NCBI GenBank assembly: GCA_018304175.1
Contig: JAGVWT010000009.1
Span: 1 to 12,957, forward strand
DNA from: Candidatus Pacearchaeota archaeon
Lineage (GTDB): Archaea > Nanobdellota > Nanobdellia > Pacearchaeales > GW2011-AR1
Reading direction: 5' to 3'
DNA: 12,957 nt
Position 1 is the stretch's first letter. Every line of letters starts with the position of its first letter. Positions 7,073 through 12,957 of the stretch are shown piece by piece. The translations under genes and the position numbers were made by a program. The notes beneath the pieces are model-generated. The model worked only from the letters and a program-made list of their open reading frames with translations. It did no database searches and was not told the DNA's origin.

Positions 7073-10000
7073 TTACTCGTATTTGTTTTTTAATTTCATT
7101 TTTGTGTGAATGTGCAATCCTTGTAATTCTTCCAAAAGAAGTTTGAACACATATGAAATCTCAACTGGCTCTGTGTCTTCGCTGCTACAAATTGGACAAT
7201 AAATTTTGTTTCTTATATTGTCTTCAACTGCGATGCTTCCACAATGCGTGCAAATGTAAAGAACAACTTTGTCTGAATCATAACGTTCTTTCAAAAGCAA
7301 TGAAGCTCCGTGAGCAACCAACGCTTGCTGTTCCATTTCTCCTAATCTTAAAGCTCCACCTCTCGACCTTCCTTCAATCGGCTGTCTTGTAAGCAAAGCA
7401 ATTTTTCCAGAAGCTCTTGCATGAATTTTATTTGCAACCATATATTTCAATTTCAAGTAATAAAGATTTCCAATAAAAATTTTTGTAGCCATTCTCTTAC
7501 CAGTTATAGGATTGTACATTGTTTCTTTTCCGTCGTAACTGAACCCAAGATTTTCCAGGCTTTCCTCAAGGGAGTTTTTTTCCTCTCCTGAAAATGGAGT
7601 TCCGTCAATTACTTCTCCTCTCAAACATCCAACTTTTCCTGCGAGCATTTCAAGCAAGTATCCCATAGTCATTCTGCTCGGCAAACCATGAGGATTAAAA
7701 ATCACATCTGGCTTAATTCCCTTTGAAGTGAATGGAACATCTTCTTCATTTATTATCGCTCCGATAACTCCCTTTTGTCCATGAGATGTCGCAAATTTGT
7801 CGCCGACTTCAGGAATTCTTATGTCTCTCGTTCTTACCTGAACAATTTTGTTTCCTTCAGAATCCCTTGTAATGAAAACAGCGTCGACAGTTCCTTTTTC
7901 TTCCTGTCGCATCGTGATGCTCGATTCTTTTTGTGTCTTAACTGAAATCTCCCTCGCTTCTGACAGGAATTTTGGTGGAGATATCTTCCCAATTAAAACT
8001 TCCCCTTCATTGACTTCTGCTTCTGGATAAATAATTCCATCATCTTCTAAAAATTTATAACTTGCCTCAGTTCTGTATCCAGAAGTTCCCTTCTCAGGCA
8101 CAATTATTTCATCTCTCAGTCCTCCTGCATAATTTATTTCTACAGCACTATAAGGTCTAAAGTAAAAACTTCTTCCAACTCCTCTATCAAAACTTCCTTT
8201 GTTGAAAACCAAAGCGTCTTTCATGTTGTAACCTTCATAAGTCATGACTGCAACAACCATATTTTGTCCTGCAGGATACATGTTTAAAGTATCATAAACA
8301 AAACTTCTGACTATTGGTTTTTGAGGATATGCTAAAACACTGACATCAGTATCCAATCTGCAGAGATAATTCGCAGAATATAAACCTAATGCCTGTTTTT
8401 GAGTTTTACTACCACGATTCAATCTCGAGCTCTGGTCATGGTTTCCATAAGGAACTAATGAAGTAACAACTCCTAACAAATCCATTGTATCAATTTCAAG
8501 ATGTGTATGTTCGGGAGTGAGTTCGTTTTCATACAAAGCGACAAAAGAATTTTCTTCTTCAGAAGTATCTAAATATTCTATGACTTTTTCCTTTATCAAA
8601 TCCTCCCACTTTATTTCGTTCTGCCTGAGTTTCATTAAATGTTCTTGAGTTAATCTTGGAACCCCATTATCAACTATAACCAAAGGCCTCAATGCCCTTC
8701 CGGACTCTGTTGAGATAATAACATTTCCAAAATCAAAATTGTTTCTTATATTAACCTCTCCTGGAATTTCCTGTTTTCTTCTCCTTTCTCTTATCTTTCC
8801 TACAAAATCTTTTGGAGATTGAACAATTCCTATAAATTTCCCGTCGAGAAAAACATCTGTTCCTGTTGCATCTTCCTGGCTTAAACCTTCTTGCACAAGA
8901 TCTTTGATGAATTTTTGCACGTCAAAGTTTATTCTCGTTGATACTCTACATAAAATTGAAAGGTTTTTTCTCAAACCGATTTCTGTTCCTTCAGGGGTTT
9001 CTATAGGACAGAGTTTTCCGTAGTGAGTTGGATGCAACGTACGCGCCATGAAATTTTCCTGCTCACTTGGAAGCATTGAAGAAACACGTTGCAACTGTGA
9101 AATCGTGGCCAGATAATTTGTCTTGTCCATATTCTGCGTAACCCCGCTCCTGTCGCCAGTCCAACTTCCTGTTGCAATCGCAGATTCAACTCTGTGTGAA
9201 AACAAAGTAGATTTCGCAATTGTCTTTATTGAAAAAAGTCTTTTCCTCTTCACCGATTTCTGCAAAGAGTATTGTATGTCTCTGATAAGAATTCCTAAAT
9301 TTGCCCTGAAAAGATTTGCCATCAAATCTCCGGAAAGCCTGATTCTTTTGTTTGAATAATGGTCTTTATCAGTTTTCAAATCAGGATTTTCTTTAGCGAT
9401 TAAAAATTGTTTTATCATCTTGCACAAAGTTATGGCTTTTTTCATTCTTTCTTCTTTCGTTTGTCCAATGTTTGGGAGAAGATAAGAATCAATTCTTTGC
9501 TTTACTCTGTCAAGAATTTCTTTTTTTGTTCCCTGTAATGCAGAATCTTCTGCAATTTTCAGCATCGCTTCTTCAGGAGTAGACAAATTCACAAACTCGT
9601 ACAAGTTCACAATCAAACTGTCTGTTTCTTTCCCGACGTATTTTGCAATGTCAGATTCTCTTGTCATTCCCAAAACCTTTAAAATTATAACTGCGGGAAT
9701 ATTTCTGAATCTGCTGAATGAAACTTCAAAAATTCCTTCTTTATTCTCAGAAATGACGACTGGAATCCTATAAGTCCCGCGCGAAGAAAACATTCTTAGT
9801 ATTAGATTTTTTTTGCTGTCTTTTTCAATGAAAGGCTGATTTTCAGCCAAGTCTTCAGACATTATCATAACTCTCTCATTTCCGTTGATCATAAAATAGC
9901 CACCTGTGTCTAATGGGTCGTTGTAATTTTTTATCAAGTCTTCTTTTGATAGTCCATAAGTGTTACAAGCCTTGCTCTTTACCATGATTGGAATTCTTCC

Positions 10001-10333
10001 TATTTCAACATTTTCAGAATCAATTTGTCCTTCTTTTTTTATTGTTATTTCAAGGGTTATAGGGGAAGAATAAGTCAAATTCCTAAGGCGGGCTTCATAA
10101 GGCATGACTAATGAGCTACTTCCGTCAGATTCAATAATTTGAGGCTTTCCTACTTTTATTTTTCCAAGATTTATCTCAAAATCTTCTTTTGCAATGTTGT
10201 CATTAACTTCATTGACTATTTCCTGCATCCTGTGCTCAATAAAATCATTAAACGAAATTATGTTTGAACTAACAAGTGAATGGTCTTCCAGGTATTTCTT
10301 CACAACAATATGGTCATTTTTTTCTTTTTTCAT
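7073..10333 (-). CDS. rpoB: DNA-directed RNA polymerase subunit Rpo2 (unsplit B''+B')
   Basis: Motifs LCPIETPEGTEIGLRKNL, GYNMKDA, GDKFATSHGQKG, HARASG...TRQPIEGRSRGGALRLGEME and a C-terminal Zn ribbon. The start is placed at 10333 (MKKEK), preceded by GGAG, rather than at 10357. Confidence 0.97.
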   Translation of the reverse strand: MKKEKNDHIVVKKYLEDHSLVSSNIISFNDFIEHRMQEIVNEVNDNIAKEDFEINLGKIKVGKPQIIESDGSSSLVMPYEARLRNLTYSSPITLEITIKKEGQIDSENVEIGRIPIMVKSKACNTYGLSKEDLIKNYNDPLDTGGYFMINGNERVMIMSEDLAENQPFIEKDSKKNLILRMFSSRGTYRIPVVISENKEGIFEVSFSRFRNIPAVIILKVLGMTRESDIAKYVGKETDSLIVNLYEFVNLSTPEEAMLKIAEDSALQGTKKEILDRVKQRIDSYLLPNIGQTKEERMKKAITLCKMIKQFLIAKENPDLKTDKDHYSNKRIRLSGDLMANLFRANLGILIRDIQYSLQKSVKRKRLFSIKTIAKSTLFSHRVESAIATGSWTGDRSGVTQNMDKTNYLATISQLQRVSSMLPSEQENFMARTLHPTHYGKLCPIETPEGTEIGLRKNLSILCRVSTRINFDVQKFIKDLVQEGLSQEDATGTDVFLDGKFIGIVQSPKDFVGKIRERRRKQEIPGEVNIRNNFDFGNVIISTESGRALRPLVIVDNGVPRLTQEHLMKLRQNEIKWEDLIKEKVIEYLDTSEEENSFVALYENELTPEHTHLEIDTMDLLGVVTSLVPYGNHDQSSRLNRGSKTQKQALGLYSANYLCRLDTDVSVLAYPQKPIVRSFVYDTLNMYPAGQNMVVAVMTYEGYNMKDALVFNKGSFDRGVGRSFYFRPYSAVEINYAGGLRDEIIVPEKGTSGYRTEASYKFLEDDGIIYPEAEVNEGEVLIGKISPPKFLSEAREISVKTQKESSITMRQEEKGTVDAVFITRDSEGNKIVQVRTRDIRIPEVGDKFATSHGQKGVIGAIINEEDVPFTSKGIKPDVIFNPHGLPSRMTMGYLLEMLAGKVGCLRGEVIDGTPFSGEEKNSLEESLENLGFSYDGKETMYNPITGKRMATKIFIGNLYYLKLKYMVANKIHARASGKIALLTRQPIEGRSRGGALRLGEMEQQALVAHGASLLLKERYDSDKVVLYICTHCGSIAVEDNIRNKIYCPICSSEDTEPVEISYVFKLLLEELQGLHIHTKMKLKNKYE

Positions 10334-10411
10334 TTTGATTCTCCAAAATGGAAACATGAAAATCTTTGATTTTCTTTCTTCATTTCAAAATATATCCAAC
10401 AAATTTTTTAA

Positions 10412-10621
10412 TTATACTACAACTCTGTAATAAAAAGCTATTTTATCGTCGGAATTTTTGCGTTCAATCTTTATTACATCACCAACATTGCAATCTTTTG
10501 GCAGTGCATGGTCATTGATTAAAATTTTTGGTAATTGTGCCTTAGAAATATTCAAACTTGAGAGAAGTGCTTCAGTTTCTTTTTCGTTGAGTTTCAAGTG
10601 TTTTGGCTGGAGTATATGCAT
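10412..10621 (-). CDS. rpoH: RNA polymerase subunit Rpo5 (H)
   Basis: 69 aa, HILQPKH...QLPKIL.ND...GDVIKIER...YYRVVV, first gene of the canonical operon. Confidence 0.93.
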   Translation of the reverse strand: MHILQPKHLKLNEKETEALLSSLNISKAQLPKILINDHALPKDCNVGDVIKIERKNSDDKIAFYYRVVV

Positions 10622-10673
10622 GGTTTCAAATAAGAGGTTTAAAAATGGACTAATAAATGAAACAAAAAATTAA

Positions 10674-10688
10674 TTTATAAAGGTTTCG
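10674..10688 (-). promoter_or_regulatory. Putative BRE/TATA promoter of the rpo operon
   Basis: The minus strand reads CGAAACC-TTTATAAA, ending 53 nt before the rpoH ATG. Confidence 0.55.
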
Positions 10689-10719
10689 GAAAAAAGTTTT
10701 AGTTGGGATTCTTAAAAAA

Positions 10720-10729
10720 TGGCTCCGAT
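10720..10729 (-). repeat. Downstream near-copy of the tRNA-Lys 3' end (ATCGGAGCCA versus ATCGGGGCCA)
   Basis: 9/10 identity with 10853-10862, and both copies continue into TTT. This copy is followed by a T6 run (10714-10719). Confidence 0.5.
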
Positions 10730-10852
10730 TACTCGCGACCCCGCTCGGATTTTTTATTTTTCGTTTCACGATTAATTTTCGCGAAATCGCTCGGGATTTG
10801 ATACCGAGGTTCAAATCAACATTTGTAAATTCTGTTTAACAACAGCATGAAA

Positions 10853-10967
10853 TGGCCCCGATGGGATTTGAACCCACGACACCTGGATTGCTTTGCGAGT
10901 TCGCGAAGCACGCGAAACTTGTTTCAGCGTAAAAGTCCAGTGCTCTACCAGGCTGAGCTACGGAGCC
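10853..10967 (-). tRNA. tRNA-Lys (UUU) with a 41 nt canonical 37/38 intron (10889-10929)
   Basis: Acceptor GGCTCCG/CGGGGCC plus A73, D-arm GCTC/GAGC, anticodon arm CTGGA-CT-TTT-A^A-TCCAG, T-arm GTGGG-TTCAAAT-CCCAT. The BHB is the helix CTTT/AAAG with bulges TA^C and CA^A. Confidence 0.93.
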
Positions 10968-11056
10968 TTTTCTGTTTTTGGCGACGTAGCGGACCGAATC
11001 GGTTTTGACGATAGGGGTTATTGTAAGGGGATATGCCCCTCATGAGCTACGGAGCC
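10954..11056 (-). repeat. 14 bp exact direct repeat of tRNA-Lys nt 1-14 (10954-10967 and 11043-11056) enclosing a 75 bp structured spacer
   Basis: TGAGCTACGGAGCC occurs at both positions on the + strand. The spacer has the hairpins AGGGG-CATAT-CCCCT and ACCGA-T-TCGGT. Confidence 0.9.
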
Positions 11057-11079
11057 TCTAGCATACTTTTAATTTGTGC

Positions 11080-11100
11080 AGATAATTTTTAAACTTATCT
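11080..11100. promoter_or_regulatory. Putative bidirectional TATA element (tRNA-Lys / MFS) inside a 6 bp inverted repeat
   Basis: AGATAA-TTTTTAAAC-TTATCT. The TATA is about 30 nt from the upstream tRNA-Lys copy (11056) and about 22-27 nt from the MFS ATG (11115). Confidence 0.5.
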
Positions 11101-11114
11101 AAGCATTTGTTATT

Positions 11115-12311
11115 ATGGGTGTGTTAATAAGAAAATACCGTAGCGGGTATCTTTTTACAGGAATCGCTAAATTATCAATAGTTTTATTTTTAGTCAGCCT
11201 ATCTTCTTCATTCATAGACACTATTTGGGCAGTTTATCTTGCGGGATTTTTTCAGAGTGAATCTTATGTAGGATTATTCTCAGGTTTCCTTTCAGTATTG
11301 GCGTTCTTGTCATTTTTCTTTTTAGTTCCACTGATTGAAAAATCCAAAAAGTCAGTATTGTTCGCAACTGTCTTGATTTTATCGGCGTTAACTTACATTT
11401 TTTTTGCTATAAACAAAAATTTCTATATATTCATTTTCTTGGCAATAGTGATAACTATTTTTATTTCTATCAAGATCACAACTTTTGGAATCATTGTAAA
11501 AGACAAATCCAGAAAAGAAAATTTATCAAGAAATGAAGGAATTGTTTATTCATTCAATAATTTTTCATGGCTTATCGGCCCATTAATTGTAAGCTTGTTT
11601 TTACTAGACTTCGGACATTCTATAATTTTTGTTTCTTCAGCGACGCTTTTGGTTTTTGCATTTTTTATGTTCAAAATGTCTGGAATAAAAGATGATAATG
11701 TTGTAAAAAAAGTTGACAATGATGTTTTCAAAAACTTCCTTGAATTTTTCAAAAATAAAGAAAGAGTTATATCTTATTTGATTGGAGCAGGAGTCACAAC
11801 ATGGTGGGCCTTGATTTACCTTTACATTCCATTATATATAATTGACAACGGTTTGAATGAATATTTGATTGGTATTTTCCTTTTCGCATGTGCAGGTCCC
11901 TTGATACTGTTTGAATACCTATTTTCTAAAATGGCAGGAAAATACGGTGCTAAGAAATTTTTCTTAATTGGATATGCAATAATAACTATAATTCCTATTA
12001 TTGTTTTTTTTGTTAATAGTCCATATTTAGTGCTGGGAATACTTGCTTTAGGAAGCGTAGGACTCGCAATGCTTGAACCAACAACAGAAGCATACTTTTT
12101 TGATATCATCAAAAACAAGAAAGAAGAAAACAAATTCTACGGTCCGTACAACACAGCAATTGAAACAGGCTTGATATTCGGTAAAATCGCCCCGGCGATA
12201 CTGTTGATTTTCCTTCCTTTCAAATATATTTTCTTGTTGTTCTCAGCATTCATGTTTTTCTTTTTCATAGTCTCGCTTAAAGCAAAAAAAGTTGTTGAAA
12301 GAAGAGATTAG
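11115..12311 (+). CDS. Major facilitator superfamily transporter
   Basis: 398 aa with about 12 hydrophobic segments in 6+6 symmetry, motif-A-like LIEKSKK and MAGKYGAKK loops, and a PLIV motif in helix 5. Confidence 0.85.
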   Translation: MGVLIRKYRSGYLFTGIAKLSIVLFLVSLSSSFIDTIWAVYLAGFFQSESYVGLFSGFLSVLAFLSFFFLVPLIEKSKKSVLFATVLILSALTYIFFAINKNFYIFIFLAIVITIFISIKITTFGIIVKDKSRKENLSRNEGIVYSFNNFSWLIGPLIVSLFLLDFGHSIIFVSSATLLVFAFFMFKMSGIKDDNVVKKVDNDVFKNFLEFFKNKERVISYLIGAGVTTWWALIYLYIPLYIIDNGLNEYLIGIFLFACAGPLILFEYLFSKMAGKYGAKKFFLIGYAIITIIPIIVFFVNSPYLVLGILALGSVGLAMLEPTTEAYFFDIIKNKKEENKFYGPYNTAIETGLIFGKIAPAILLIFLPFKYIFLLFSAFMFFFFIVSLKAKKVVERRD

Positions 12312-12315
12312 CAAG

Positions 12316-12630
12316 TCAACTATAATCTCTCCAAGTGTAGTTGCACTTTGGATTCGTGCATTTGAAGAATTTCGTTTCAGCTTCATCTCCTGCGCGCGTT
12401 TGAATTGTCCAAAAATAAGCTTCTTTGTTCTTGCATTTCTTGCAAGTCTCAGCGATTATTGGAAGTGTCTGATTTTCTATCCCTTTCATTACAACAACCT
12501 GCTTTTTCTCCCCAATTTTCTCTGATGTATTTATTTTAACTTTTTCTTTTGTGGAGTAATTACATCTTGGGCAACCGTAGTTTTTCGTTTTCTGGACTAA
12601 AACAGCGCCACATTTTGGACAGAATTTCAT
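12316..12630 (-). CDS. tfs: Transcription factor S (TFS / RpoM-like)
   Basis: N-terminal Zn ribbon MKFCPKCG...CPRC and a C-terminal ribbon with the acidic hairpin QTRAGDEAET. The start is placed at 12630. Putative TATA TTTAAAT at 12661-12667. Confidence 0.92.
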   Translation of the reverse strand: MKFCPKCGAVLVQKTKNYGCPRCNYSTKEKVKINTSEKIGEKKQVVVMKGIENQTLPIIAETCKKCKNKEAYFWTIQTRAGDEAETKFFKCTNPKCNYTWRDYS

Positions 12631-12680
12631 TTTGTTAAGACGAACATACAAATAAACTCAATTTAAATAATTTTCCTTGT

Positions 12681-12714
12681 GTTTTAGCGAGCTTTTTTGC
12701 CAGCGAGCCAAACC
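12681..12714 (-). terminator. Imperfect hairpin directly after the stop of the DGR-target-like gene (terminator and/or DGR homing hairpin)
   Basis: The + strand reads GTTTTAGC-GA-GCT-(TTTTTGCC)-AGC-GA-GCCAAACC, with a tandem G.A internal pair. Confidence 0.4.
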
Positions 12715-12957
12715 TTACTTTTCCTGTGCAACAGCGCGTACCCCGATGACGAAATACCCGTCCAGAGGAAGCCCGTCGCAATACAGATACGCCCTGCTGA
12801 CGTAAGCGCCGAACCCGGCAACCGAACCATTTCTTGGATGCCAGAAATATAAATTTCCTTTTTTAACATCACTTCTTGGAAGTCCTTGGCTTGTATGTGC
12901 TCTGTCAATATAATCATCAAGTGAAATTCCAGGAATTCTGTCTTACATTAATGTGTC
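12715..12957 (-). CDS. 3' end of a probable DGR-type variable protein (C-type-lectin-like fold), apparently frameshifted at 12943
   Basis: Not in the ORF track, which lists another frame. The frame 12942-12715 reads DRIPGISLDDYIDRAHTSQGLPRSDVKKGNLYFWHPRNGSVAGFGAYVSRAYLYCDGLPLDGYFVIGVRAVAQEK*. It ends in the G(V/F)R motif of DGR targets, with an abrupt GC rise over the last ~35 codons. There is an in-frame TAA at 12943-12945. Confidence 0.65.

Noticed and set aside
3340-10673. Plus-strand ORFs inside rpoA, rpoB and rpoH
   Set aside because: They are antisense shadows of highly conserved genes with no recognisable motifs.
11546-12525. ORFs 11546-11752, 11822-12133 and 12292-12525
   Set aside because: They are antisense to the MFS or TFS genes.
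12720-12830. GC-rich stretch as SRP or RNase P RNA
   Set aside because: No SRP helix 8 or RNase P P4 motif was seen, and the GC rise follows codon structure in a coding frame.
12684-12920. 78 aa ORF listed in the track
   Set aside because: This is the wrong frame. The overlapping frame 12942-12715 gives a family-like sequence with a coherent codon pattern.
1-12957. CRISPR array, group I/II introns or inteins in the rpo genes
   Set aside because: No repeat occurs three or more times with regular spacing, and Rpo1 and Rpo2 are uninterrupted and short, with no intein motifs.

Overview
AT-rich archaeal window, most consistent with DPANN (Pacearchaeota-like; inferred from the fused Rpo1, short Rpo5 and divergent RNAP motifs). 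The core is a minus-strand RNA polymerase operon, rpoH-rpoB-[nucleotidyltransferase]-rpoA(fused A'+A'')-nusA, with an unexpected orphan nucleotidyltransferase wedged between the two large subunits. Three tRNA genes are present: Glu(UUC), Ile(UAU) with a BHB intron, and Lys(UUU) with a BHB intron. Left of tRNA-Glu lies the edge of an integrated element: a frameshifted tyrosine integrase, small regulators and a partial P-loop replication-type gene. The right end has an MFS transporter, TFS, and the 3' end of a gene with a GC-rich, DGR variable-region-like tail that the ORF track missed. The least explained signal is at both minus-strand tRNAs. Each has a promoter-proximal exact copy of its own first 14-15 nt, then a structured 75-97 nt spacer ending in a segment antisense to the tRNA 5' end, then the intact tRNA. 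tRNA-Lys also has a downstream copy of its 3' acceptor strand.
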